64,000 nt of DNA. Source: Nymphaea colorata (Eukaryota). The DNA lies in the NCBI RefSeq assembly GCF_008831285.2, contig NC_045138.2, positions 40,176,001 to 40,240,000 of the forward strand, written 5' to 3'. Position 1 is the first letter of the stretch, and each line of letters starts with the position of its first letter. The notes under the pieces are model-generated. The model was not told the DNA's origin. It was given only the letters and a program-made list of their open reading frames with translations, and did not search any database. A program made the position numbers and the translations under genes. Of this stretch, positions 50,070-63,491 are shown in pieces.

Positions 50070-53000
50070 ATGGAGAGACGTTGCTTTCCATTCTCCCTCG
50101 CCGGCCTCCCTCTTTTCCTCATCTTGACTGCGTGCCAGCTGCAGAATTTCGTTCCGGGGTTTGCCGTGGGCGAGCATCCTAGCCACGGGGTGCACCGCCG
50201 CGTGCCCGCGCTCTTTGTCTTCGGCGACTCGACCGTCGATCCGGGCAACAACAACTACTGGCTGACACCGTTGAAGGGCAACTTCCCGCCCTACGGGCTG
50301 AGCTTTCCCGGCCATATCGCCACCGGGAGGTTCTGCGACGGAAGACTTGCCACCGACTTCATGGGTATCGCCTGCCTCTCTTCTCCATGTCTTGTCTTGG
50401 ATACATCAATGTAACTCGCTTTGTCGCCACTAATCTTTCTTGACAATTGTGAATGAAAACATGATCGAGCAGCGTCGTACTTGGGGATCAAAGAGCTGGT
50501 GCCTCCCTACCTGGATCCCAAGCTTGATGAACAAGAGCTGCTCAGTGGGGTTAGCTTTGCGTTCGCCGGCTCCGGCTACGACCCCATGACCGCCCACAAC
50601 ATAGTAACCTTTCTTTCTCTTTCTCCTTCTTTTGCATTCGTGACAGATATAGTGTAGCTAGTGGATCGATAAAAGTTTGATCGTCAGTATTCTCATAAAT
50701 GTTATTCTTCTGAACTGCAAATGATTAGATCGAAAAAAAAAAAAAAAAAAGCTTCAACTTCTTCAAGGTATCTTGCATCCTCACAAATACAAGTGAATGA
50801 GTCGCCGAAACCAAGTGAACCGACCGACCGTCGCCGGTTTGCATGTGCCCACATGGGTGCATGGGTTGGCTTGAATCAAGTCTTAGCCCTGCCAACGTAG
50901 CTCCTCCCATGGCCGATTGCTCGTTTAACTTGCAACCAGGTAAATTATCAGCTATCGGTAAAAGGCATAGTTGTACGGTTTGTTCCCTACGTTTATAGCC
51001 TCGGCCTCATACGCCCTTGCACGACATTCCTTATTCGTTCCCTCATATGTATCTTATTCTTTTTTGAATATCAGCAAATAGACATTTTTTACTCCCGAGA
51101 ACAAGTTAAATAGCAGATTTTGCTGTTACATGAAATTTTACTATAAAGGAGAGGTCAAATCACCTATTCAAAGTTAAAAATATTTACCGCGGTTGAGTTT
51201 ACGTGTGACAGACCTTGTACACAGTAAATAATTCGTAGTGAAGTGTGTATGAACAAGAGGGACAGCGCGTCCTCAAATCACACCTACCTAAGCATGCTTC
51301 ATATATAAGCCTACGCGCATTCCACTGTCTTGGGCTGTTTCTCATAAAATTAATCACAAAAATAAATGGATAACATACGAAAACATGAATGAAAATATCA
51401 TAAAAGTGCTATGACTGTGGAGTTATAAAGCTATTAGATTTCAGTTTTCAAATTTTAAGCATTTTTTATACATTTATATGGTCAAATTCATGAAAAACGA
51501 TATTTATAGTATTCGAGGAAAAAAAGACAACGGGTTTATTTTGTAATGGAAATAGTAATGAACTCAGCTTCCAAAAAATGAGGCAAATTCATAAAATACT
51601 GTAAGTTATTTCAAACTTTAAAGCAGATTAAAAAAAAAAAACATGATGCAAATTCTTTCTCTCTCTCTCTCTTTTTTCTGGCAAAAAGTAAATTAGATAT
51701 GTAGGGCTAGCTCTAATAAAAGTCTTCCATGCCAACGCTAAGCATTTGTTCTCAAGGAGTACACAAAAATGGCGTAGAAGAGTGAACTCCATTGAACGTC
51801 ATTGGAGGTCCAACGATTCAGGTTAGCTTGTTTGAAGATGTGCCTGATGCTTGAATGATGAGAAATATTTTCTCATTTAGTTGGCATCTGCTATCACATG
51901 CATTACATAAATTGTTATATACAGTATACACTGATCTGATGTGACATTGATGCGTCCCATAGGGTGTGGTTTCAGTACTCCAGCAGCTGGACTACATGAG
52001 GGAGTACTTAGTCAGAATGGAGAAGCTAGTTGGAAAGGCAAGAGCTGCCAAGATCATGGAAGACTCCATATTCACGGTAAGTGCAGGAACAAATGACTTC
52101 GTTATCACCTACTACCTCCTTCCCTTCAGGAAGCAAACCTTCACCCCAGAGGAGTACCAACAGTTTATTCTTGATCAACTTCGAACCTTCCTCAAGGTAC
52201 GTGACAGTGATTCTTTGTTTGGATTATTTTCACTGTAATAGCAAAAGCTTCTTCCAGAACAATTTGATCATGAGAGAATTTCAGTTTAAAAAACCTTAAA
52301 ATAAGAAAGTTATATAAAGAGTTCAATATATACATGAATATGGTAGGTTGCCCAATTTAAACCTCAGCTTGTCTAAAAAAAAAGAAAAAAAAAAAAGGAT
52401 TCTATATTTGTGAGAGTGGTTATATATACAGGCATGTGTATATGTCTTGCACCGGGGGGCTGTGGATAGTGTAATCGGCTGCACGTAACCATCTTTTCTT
52501 ATATTTGAGCGTTCCAAGTATTGAGTTGTCTTCGAATATTTTATTTACACATGCGGGCCTTCTTGCTCTTGCTAATATCAATTCTAACAATTACCTCGCC
52601 ACTTTAATGCCCCAAAAAGGCTATGAATAAAGACAAATATTCATTATTTTATTCATTTTAAATAAAGGAGGGGAGCCGTATCTCTTTGTAGAGTCATCTC
52701 AATACAACTAGGCGATTCTCTCGTAAAGCTTACGTCGAGTGATCTTTAAATCTTTAATGCCGTACTAAACTTTCTCACAGTAAATATGTTTTTAAACTGA
52801 AACCATTGCAATATATGGATTTTGAAATTGCAAGTGGCATGCATATCATCAGAATTTTAGCTCCAAACAAAATTAAAGGAAAAGAATTTCCGGTATTTAA
52901 TTAATCAAATTTACGAGATTTCAGGTAAGCTAGCTTCTAAACGATAATTTCTTAAACAATAGCCTAATAAGAATGCACCTTGCAGGCAAGGGCGGAGCCA

Positions 53001-54178
53001 AAGGGAGCCAGTAGGGCCCTGGCCTCTTTTTTTTTTTTTTTTAATAAAAGCTTACATGTAAAGTTCACAAAATTTTATTTATCTTATATAAAAATTTTGA
53101 AAAATTCATGTTTCGGCACCTATTAAAATTTTGAAAGTTTTAATTTGGCCCCGCTCATAAAAAAATTCATGGCTCTACTCTTACTTGCAGGGGCTCTATG
53201 CACTTGGAGCACGAAGATTTGCATTTGCAGGGTTGCCTCCAATGGGGTGCTTGCCGCTAGTGATGACTACCGACCTTGGAGATGCATTCATCAGACGGTG
53301 CATTGACAATCTAAACATGGTGGCAGTCAGCTACAACTCCAAGTTACAAAACATGTTGAATGAGATGAAAGAAAAAGAACTGAAGGACGCAAAGATCGCC
53401 TATGCGGACATTTACACTGCCACGCTTGACATCATAAAGCATCCAAACAAATACGGTGAGTTAATACAATTTCAAATGGTTTAGTCTGTACTTGCTTCAA
53501 TTATCAAACAGTTAAATCGTCTTCTAGCTGCTTGCATGAATCACAGGAATATTATATTTGCGAACATAGTTGCGATTCATAATAACAGGAATGTTGTTCT
53601 TGAATCTCATGATATTTTATCTATACTTGAATAAACTTGTTAATATTTTTATTGCTTTCACATAAGTGTTAAGGGGAACCTAACTCAGATCCTACAACTC
53701 AAATTCTCGAGGAGTTTGGTCTTCAGAGGCATAGTATAGTTGGTCAGATTGAATGTCCAGTTAAAACCTAATCATGAGTTTCTATAATAAATTTCTATTC
53801 TTATGGATGCTACTCTCTTAGATAAAAAACAGATGACCTAGGCAGGGAGAAGGGTGAATAAGCTTGTTGCCTCTTTGAGAGATCTCTGATTCACAAGTAG
53901 TTTAGAATAATTATGAAACCAAACGATTAGCTGAATCAAATTTGAATGAACTTGCGATTCTTCTGCGTGTGCCAATTGTTTCTGCAGGCTTTGAGGTGAC
54001 GAACAGAGGCTGCTGCGGAACAGGCTTTCTGGAATTGAGTTTCTTCTGCAATCACGCTTCACCACTCTGCCATGACGTATCATCATACGTGTTCTGGGAT
54101 TCGATTCACCCCACGCAGAGGACCTACTCCTTCATTTTCAACACATCCCTTGAGCTAGCTCTTCCTCCTCTTCTGTAA
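50070..54178 (+). CDS. GDSL esterase/lipase (SGNH hydrolase), copy 1, ~371 aa, 5 exons
   Basis: Exons 50070-50364, 50473-50603, 51963-52196, 53191-53455, 53988-54178 (1116 nt). [31 protein letters not shown]. Confidence 0.95.
52987..53183. mobile_element. 197-bp MITE with 8-bp TSD inserted at the exon-4 acceptor of GDSL copy 1
   Basis: CTTGCAGG at 52979-52986 and 53184-53191. TIR CAAGGGCGGAGCCA / TGGCTCTACTCTTA (10 of 14 match). Confidence 0.8.
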
Positions 54179-55206
54179 CATAAACCCGGCCGTGCTAGCT
54201 GCTCTTCTTCACTCTCAGAAATGTTCTCCCTCTTCACCATCGATGAATGTAGATGTGGAAAAAACAGGTGAAGCTAAGAGCTGCATGGAGTTATGTCGCC
54301 AATCTTTGGGACAACTTTTTGTGAAGCTTTCGTATGAAAAGACCTTTCATGAAATTTTATGATCCATGGAAACAAGGTTTTGCTTTCGGTCTTGTCAAAC
54401 CAACAGTTTATTTGACTAATCAGATTCTGATTCAGAGCCAAACTCGGACCATATTTTTTGAAATGAATCTATGAGATCCGACTAGCATAGGATTAGACAT
54501 TTATATGAAATCAAATTGGATGAAATTGACCAGATTCCATATGAATAATGAATTTGGGAATAGATCTGACCATGAAATTGCATATGTAATGAATCTGAAT
54601 CGCAACCTGACCATCTTTGTCCTCAAAAAATGATTTGGTTATAATCAGATACATCCGATTTATTTACATCCCAAACCATGATCAATCGATAACTAGTTGT
54701 CATCAATGTCACCATATAAGTATCGGCTCATATTTGTCAATGTGCGTTTATATCCACTCCCTCACTGAAATGTGACACACCGAATTGAATTTTGCTAATT
54801 TCTATTTTTAGTTAAATAAAATCAATTGTAATAAATTAATTAACAGGAAAAATATGGCGATCATTCACCCTCATTTAATTTGCAATTTAATATTTCGTTT
54901 CATCGCTGTCGTGCTCAACAAAAGGAAGAAAAAAAAAACTATTTACTGTTGAAAATATGGTTTGACCCTTCAAAAAAAAAAAAAAAAACTTAAGGTACAT
55001 TATTAAGTCTTTATTTTTTACTGGCGAAGGTGAAACGCTGGGACATAAAAATGTCGGTAAATATGTAGTTTGTATAACATCCTTCAGGGACGTCGTTAGC
55101 GGGTGTGTAAATGTCATGCACATGGACGTGAGAGGCCTCTGGTTCTCTACGATTAAACTTCCTAGTCCCTCTTCCTCTCCTCCAACTCTTGCCAATCCAG
55201 TAAAAA

Positions 55207-58200
55207 ATGGAGAGAAGTTGCTCTCCTTTCTCCCTCGCTAACGTCCCTCTTCTCTTCCTCTTGACTCTATGCCAACATCACAAGCTCGTCTCAAGCTTCG
55301 CCGTGGGCAACCATCGCCCCGTGCCCGCGATCTTTGTCTTCGGCGACTCGACCGTCGATCCGGGCAACAACAACTACTTGCCCACTCCGGTCAAGGGCAA
55401 CTTCCCGCCCTACGGGTTCAGCTTCCCCGATCATATCGCCACCGGAAGATTGTCCGACGGAAAACTTGCCACCGATTTTATAGGTATCGTCTGCCTGGTT
55501 CTCCATGTCTTTAATAGATCATTCAATTGTTTGGCACTGATCTTTCTTGACAATTGTGAATGGAAACATTGTTGAGCAGCGTCGTATTTGGGGATCAAAG
55601 AACTGGTACCTCCCTACCTGGATCCTACGCTGGACGAGCGTGAGTTGCTGACCGGTGTTAGCTTCGCCTTCGCCGGCTCCGGCTACGACCCACTGACCGC
55701 TGACAACATAGTAATCTCTCTCGCCCTCTCTCTTTCCATGCATTCTCGCAAATGCATCGTACAACCAGTGGCGTAGCTAATACATTAGCCCACAAAATTT
55801 ACTTTATTTATATATATAATTTTTATTAATTTTTAGTTTTTTTTTCATATAAATGCTCATTAAAGTTTCAAATTTAAACTTAAATTGTCATTTACTAAAA
55901 AATTTCTAGCTCCACCATAGTTCCCTTCAGGGCAAATAAGCTATCAGAGGGTTTAAAACATGATAAGTTTTGATTTATAAAGTTGAGCATTGTTAATTGT
56001 GTCCATCTGTATGGATTGAATTTATAAGAAACCATACTCATAGCATGAGACATATTTTAAACACAAGAAACAGTAAGAACGCGTGGCAATATGGTAGACT
56101 TGACTCCACTAGACGTTGAATTACGGGCCCGACTGGTCATGTAGACTGATACTTGACATCTTGAGTTTTTACTTGCCACCATGTTAAGTTAAGGGGCGGA
56201 GTTGGGTAGGGCTCACAAGAGTTATAGCCCACTTGAAAAAAAAAAAAAAAATTACGTATAACATTTAAAAATGTTCACTTGTACTATATAAAAATTTTTA
56301 AAAATGATTTTTTTTACCTATGTCAATTTGAAAACTTTAATTCGAATCCTCGGCTCTGCCCCTTATCGCGTCTACCATGGATACTAGCAATAATTTATGA
56401 AGGTAGTAGTTTCAAATTTAAAGCCCTTCAAATTTGTTGGTGCCTGTCTTTTTCCACATTGGTGGTGGAACAGATTTTTTCATAATCGATAGGAATGTTT
56501 GTGGCGGTGCAAATTTAAAGTGCTTGAATTCTATCGGTGCCTGTCTTTTTCTCATAGTTAACCGGAAAATTTGATGGTGGTGGAACAGACTTGTTTATGA
56601 GATGGGGCCTGGGGGTGCCAACATTTACCAATATTTTGGCTGATCTGTAGGATTGTTCCGCAGTTCAAAGAGAGGAACACGTTTTAGAAAGAGAGCCGAG
56701 CAACCCTTGAAGTTCATCGAGAGTTCCAGGCAGACGAGAAAGCTTATGTTTGATTTAACCTAATCTATTGAAAAAAATTGTAAAATGGTACCGAACGTTT
56801 GTAAATTTAAGAGAACGAAGCATATTGTGTTTCAGATATTGCATAAAATGCACGTATGAACTCTGATATATGTATGGACAATATTTATGTTTGCATTAGG
56901 GTGTGGTTTCAGTACTTGAGCAGCTGGACTACATGAAAGAGTGCTTGGCCAGAATGGAGAAGCTAGTTGGAAAGGCAGGAGCTGCCAAGATCATGGAAGA
57001 CTCCATATTCACAGTAAGTGCAGGAACAAATGACTTCGTTATCACTTACCACCTCCTTCCCTTCAGGAAGAAAACCTTCACCTTAGAGGAGTATCAACAG
57101 TTCATTCTTCATCAACTTCAATTCTTCCTCAAGGTACGTTAGAGCGATTCGCTGATTGGTTTCACTGCAAATGCAATTTGGCTTACAAGAATCATTTTCG
57201 GATTAAAGGAGAAATAAGATCTCGTATTTGTTTCATCAAATTAATAACTGTATCTCAGCTTCTAGATGTTAATTTCTTGAGTAATAACATAACAACAGTG
57301 CACCTTTCCAGGAGCTATACCAACTTGGAGCACGAAGAATTGCATTTGCAGGGCTGCCTCCTTTGGGGTGCTTGCCAGTCGTGATGACCACCGACTTTGG
57401 AGATGCATTCATCCGACGATGCATTGACAGTATGAACATGGCGGCAGCCAGCTACAACTCCAAGCTACGAGACATGTTGAATGAGATGAAGGAAGAAGAA
57501 CTAAAAGATGCAAAGATCGCGTATTTGGACATTTATACTCCCACGCTCGACATCGTAGAGAATCCGAACAAATACGGTGAGTCAATAAACTAGTTTGAAA
57601 TGGTTTATTATGTGTGCCTGCTTAAATTAATTCTCAAAATAGGTAAATTATCTTGTAAAATGTTTCCTTAAAGATCGAGTTTCCTGTCAAAGGGAAAAAG
57701 AAGGGGGTTTAGGATATTTTGAAATTTTTTATAAAGTAATGTACATTTTGAACTTTTTTTTTATACTTTTTTTGTCCTTTTAAAAAGCTTTTTTACTTAA
57801 ATAAATACATTTTTGTCATTGTACATCGTGTGCACAATTTTTAGTGCACATAACCAGTCTTTTTATTAGTGATCGATACACTTTGTCTCAACTTTCAAAG
57901 CTGCAGGATCTAGACGAACATGACTACTTCACTCTCCTGATGCTGCCTACTGCTTTCAAATCTAAGTTTATTGAATAAAACTTTGATTTTTTTTTTATGA
58001 AATCAAAGTAACATTGATTTAAAAAATTCAAAAATGTAAACAAATAAAATCATTATGTATATATATATATATATATATATATACCCAGTTCTTTTTAAAA
58101 CTTACCACACACTCGGCACCTATGTGACATAATTTGAAATCCAACAACTACAGTTTCGAAAAATAGGAAATGGCAATGGTTGTCTGCGCAGGGTTTGAGG

Positions 58201-58382
58201 TGACCAACAGAGGGTGCTGCGGAACAGGGTTGCTGGAAATGGGAATCTTGTGCAATCACAAAACACCCATCTGCCCAGATGTGTTCTCCTACGTGTTTTG
58301 GGACTCCGTTCACCCCACGCAGAGAACCTACTCCTTAGTTGCCAACTCAATCATCCAGGGAGCTTCTCCTCTTCTCCTTTAA
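55207..58382 (+). CDS. GDSL esterase/lipase, copy 2 (tandem paralog), ~365 aa, 5 exons
   Basis: Exons 55207-55483, 55580-55710, 56900-57133, 57312-57576, 58192-58382 (1098 nt). Exons 2-5 have the same lengths as in copy 1. [11 protein letters not shown] and WDSVHPT. Confidence 0.95.
55766..55920. mobile_element. Probable degenerate MITE in GDSL copy 2 intron 2
   Basis: CAGTGGCGTAGCTA ... TAGCTCCACCATAG termini around an AT-rich core; no TSD. Confidence 0.4.
56190..56365. mobile_element. MITE in GDSL copy 2 intron 2, same terminal motif class as 52987-53183
   Basis: TAAGGGGCGGAG ... CTCTGCCCCTTA (11 of 12 match); TSD ambiguous. Confidence 0.6.
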
Positions 58383-61300
58383 CATAAATCCGCTGTTCTT
58401 CAATCTCAGATGTATTCACTCTCTCAGAATTAATGGAGCCTCATTTTCCGAAATGCAAGAAAACGAATCCGCCTTTTCGAATTGTGGAGAACCGGCAGAA
58501 GGAGCCCACTGCCCACGCGAATATCGGACTTGGATTTTGGCTTAGGTTATATATACGAATGATGTTCATAATGGATCTGAATCTTATCGGTAGTGTGATT
58601 TAAATGGATTGGCATTAATTTACTCCTGAGCTAAGTGATCGGATGTATTATTATTTGCTCTTTATAACAGGCAGATAAAAATTTTGATGAAAGGGTCACA
58701 CAAGCTAAAAATTGAAGATAATAGTTAAGAAACAAAACAGCAGCTATATATAAAAGCATTAATAACAGTTTATGGGCAAAATTTTCTTTTAACTTGCGCA
58801 ATTTGAATAGCCTTGATTCAAGACTTTCCAATTTTAAAAGGTAAATGGCTCGACAGCGTACAATTATTCTGATTGAGCTTCCTCAAGGTTCTGTTCTACT
58901 TAGCTATTGAATTATTGTAATCCTGCTTGGCCTTTCTATATCTATCCACGTACTCATTCCTTGTTGGCGATTTTCGTTGAAAATGTTGATCTTCTTAGCC
59001 ATATGTCGTTAACATAGTGAGCAGCAAGGTGATTCACTTCAAAGGGGTCAATCAATTGAATCTTACGTGAAGTTCACGCTTTAGTCACACTCAAATTGAA
59101 GAGTATACTATAAGCTTATAGATATGATCTTAAGAATGATTTGATTTGACGAGAAACATATACTAAGTTAATCATTATTCTTTTTTAATAATCGAAAAGT
59201 GAACCGCTAGCTCTTATAACATCAAAATTTTGATTGTAAAAAAGATCAAATTTGGGAATTGTGCGCAAATAAAAAAAGAAATGAAGCGTCGGTAGGAGTG
59301 AGTTCCGCGTCCCCTTCCTGTCATTAATATTGAAGACATATGCACGATGAGCCCATCAGCTCCACCGAATCGGATAATATGATATGCTCATGATTCTACC
59401 AATTCGGCCAATAATTATTCTAGACTGATCTTGTACTGATCGGCCTACCGCTGCCGCCTGCCCACCGAACCAAAAAAACGCTAAAGAAATGAAATTTGTA
59501 GTCAGATCGTGTCCAAGACCTTCTAAATGTTTCCTGCCAGCCTCCATTAAATTTTTGATGAAGCTATAAAGTTTCGCCATTGTGTATATCATTTATGTAA
59601 GGAGTTTCTTTGCGTTCTTTATCATCTATAATATATTTGAACAGTCCTCCATTAAACTTCTAGCTCATCATTCCCTTTGCAACTTGGGTCAATCCTCATA
59701 AACTCTCTCTCTCTCTCTAGCTCATATAGTTTGTCAGTATATATAACTGTATTTCCTAAATGCTGCAGACCTCTGTCACTGATATACGAAAGTTCTAAAA
59801 CTGCCCATCTGAAAAAAATGCTGTAGAACTTATAACTTGGTCACAATTCACAGGTAATTTATCAATCAAACTTTTGCGGCAGATCATCGTCTAATTACCG
59901 TCAGACCGGTGACGAAATTCCGAACGACCTCGAAAGTCTCTGAATCTTTTCTCCACAGAGTCTACCTGCAGGTAGTTCACCTGTGCAAGGAAACTAAGAT
60001 CCTTTACTTTCCCTTTTCTTTCGCTTGAGCAAAAGCAACATTTACTTGACTAAGAAGCGACCTTCAAATTGAAAGGCTTTGAAATTAAATTCAACATTCA
60101 TGACGTGCCTCTCAACATAAATGGCTGGGAGAACTCGGTCGATGGTGATTTTAAACCCATCTTTAATGAACAATTGTCGAATCTTTCTTCCCATGCAGGT
60201 CGCGAATCGCGATCAACCTTGTTCGTCGACGATCACTCTCCTCGTGAAAGAAAGAAAGAAAGAAAATAACAGTGCAAACTAATGGCAGCTTGCAATTGGG
60301 TGATGAATTGAATGATCCTGTTTGGTCTTCCTTGATTGGACCACATATTCAATTCCTTATTGTGGGCGACAAGGTTGAGTAGAGATGAAGAAGCTTCTGC
60401 AAACATCTCACAAAAGCACCTTTCATGAATATATATCTATATAGAATTCCGTTTATTGAGGCCCACAGTGGTAGCTGGTAATCCAACAATTAATGAAACG
60501 GCGAGCCACTGATTGAAGCTTAAGCCCGAACAGTGTAGGCAGTAATAAGCTGAAAGGACGTAGCACTCCCTCTCTACATTTATCAAGCATATATTCACAT
60601 GATTAATGGCGACCATATGATTCCTGTTTATCGCTCGCTGCTTGGTTCCCCTTATCATGATCACCTACAACATTATTCTCTTACCGGATGTGAGTTTCTA
60701 TAATTTAATATTTATTTGATCTATATTTAATATGAATAAACTCCTGAATCATTTAATTGTACATGAATTTATAAGCTTTTAAAAGTCATAAAGAGTTGTG
60801 AGCAAATGGTTTTTGCGAATTGGGTAGCTATATACATGGTCAACTTATTTAATAATGTATCTCTACACAGCGAATCCTGCAGATCATCGCGCCCGTGTAT
60901 TCAAATTCCTGAAAGAAGGTCAAAAAAAAGAAAGAAAAAAAAATTCAAGAAACCGAATCGTCCACACGGCTTCCCACTTTTAATAGGAAACAACCGGTGA
61001 GTGTGTTGGAAATTCACAGAAGAATAAATTACATTTGATCATTTTATTATTGCAAAGAATCAAATAGCAGATGATATGACAGACAATTCTCTCTCTATCA
61101 TGCAGGGATGTGTTGAGAAACCCCGCTCCGCAAGAGAATTTTGTGCAGCATATTGTATATTCAATTTTACATTGTAACCCCTAATCTGCCAATATGGACA
61201 ATTATGAATGAGGAGTAGTTGTAAGCTACATAAATATACATATATAAATATATTAAAATATGTGATTTTTTTTTTTTATAAAGGTTATCATTACAGACAC

Positions 61301-61902
61301 ATTTATAATATATAAAATCAGTTTACCGGGAATTGTATATGCTTGAATTAACTATATTTGTGTTTTGAAGAGAAATACAATTCTTTGACGCGGTAATGTT
61401 TATCCAATTGGTTTTTACAACATTGCTTTTTTAAGTCTTCATGAAAATTTGTGTATGAGTTTATGGAATCGACATGGAGCGTATCCTTACCTGAAATTCC
61501 TTTGAATAAAGGACAGTTATAACTGCACCTATAATTAATCGACGCTTGGTTACGAAGCAGCGGAAAGTTTGATTACGTAAGAGAAATGATCTTTCTTTCT
61601 TTTGCTTGTTGAGGAAGACAGTGAGAAATATCACTCTTATATTTAGGGTATGTCATTATATGATTGCATAACTGCTTCAACCATCATGCATAATCGGTAC
61701 TTCTCCATAAAGTTACATGGATTCATTTTTCATTGTGGTAGTATGGCCCGTATTGCGAATGCTTTTGATGAGTACATATATATTTATATATATAAGAGAA
61801 TCTTATCTGGCGAAACCACTTTCTAGGAAAATGTTGGAACTTGGAAGGGAAAACAAAATTCTCTACTCCCATGAGAATGAGAGAAAAGAAAGCTCATTCA
61901 AT

Positions 61903-61960
<58 letters not shown>

Positions 61961-62367
61961 CACGCTGAAAGCAAGTTCATGTTTTGGTTATTGTTTGGAA
62001 AAATTAATTAATGCGTGTAGCCATGTATAACATAAGGAGACAAATTAACACTTGTTTAACCAAATGAATAAATGACTTGCACCAACAAAATTCTCTTGGG
62101 TTAATAGGAAAAGTTTAAGCTAAACAAATAGTTTTCAATTGACTAAACGTAAACTTCATTTCTATTTTTTTTCCTAGCAAACGGAGATTCCCAAGTCTCC
62201 TTAAGAACAACAAGAAAACTTTGTTGCATCAATTATTCTAACATTGTAGGTCTCTCCTTTTTACGTAGCTAGGTTTGGTGGATTCTTTCACCTCAGTGGC
62301 TCTTGGGTTGGAAAAACCTAAAGCGCAAGGAAGTTGGAGCTATGGGGATACCTGTTCATCTCTCTAG

Positions 62368-62413
62368 AATGGGTAGGACTATATATATATATATATATAT
62401 AGTCCTACCCATT
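62368..62413. repeat. Perfect 46-bp palindrome
   Basis: AATGGGTAGGACT-(AT)10-AGTCCTACCCATT. Confidence 0.95.
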
Positions 62414-63334
62414 TAATTGGACCCAAGTTGGCTTAAATCCAATTATAAATTAAAGATGCACGGCCCCACAGTGACCCCACTGCCCTTAGCAAGACATTGA
62501 TCGGATTCACTTTCTCAGCAAAATTTTTAATGACCCATTTAAGCTGATTGTAAGCAACTAGGGTTCTAACAAAAATCCACAAAAATATTCTCCCAATCCG
62601 TTGAGTAGTTTGCAAATATGGGTCAAACTTGGAACTTTGACCCATATTTCACCTTAGAAACCCCACTTTGCCGTCGTCGCGTAACGTGTTTGATATCTCG
62701 AAAGTAATGAAATGAACTTAATTGTCTGTACATGTTGTAAAAGACAATATTCCCCTACTTGGTATTTCCCAAAAAAGTCATCGTTTGTAGGAAAGCCCGG
62801 AGGTCCTGCCGCCATCCCAGGCATTCCAAAACCTGCAGCAGAGGAACGTTCACATCCTTCTCCTCGCACTTCTCTGACGGCCGGAAACGGACGCTACTAA
62901 ATTCTTCATGCATAGAAATTTAGTTTGGCGCTTTCTTGACGGCCGGAACCGCCAGAGACAAAGCAGAAGTCTTCCATCTGCCGCCCGATGAACAGAGGCC
63001 ACGCTAATTACCACATATCATTTTTATTTTAGCAGCAAACAAGTGGTGGGCCGTGTGCCCTTAGCCCCAATAAATCTATCTAACCTATTCTCATGGTTAT
63101 GGACCACGGATATAAATATATATATATACAAAAGGAAGATCTTCAAATGCAGTGTCCACGGCCGATCGAAATGCCAAACTAAACTGGGCACGAGAATTGT
63201 ACCTTTTGATCTATAAATTAAACCTTAAGGAGATATACAAATTGAAACTTTGAACTTCCTTTCACTCTCGAATCTTATTTAATTGCTTCTACATTTAGTA
63301 CGTCGGGATCTATTTGTGCTATATGGTTCCTTCA

Positions 63335-63491
63335 TGGGTTGTTTGGCTGGATTAACATTTCATTTCTATCTCGTCTCAAAAAGTAGAGCAGATTCATAAA
63401 ACACTATAATAAGTATTTTACGAATCTGTTCTACTTTTTTTAAGTAGAATCATGAGACAATAACAATAAGTTACTGTTGCCAAACGATCTC
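63335..63491. mobile_element. Probable Tourist-like MITE
   Basis: TGGGTTGTTTGGC ... GCCAAACGATCTC flanked by TCA on both sides. Confidence 0.45.
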
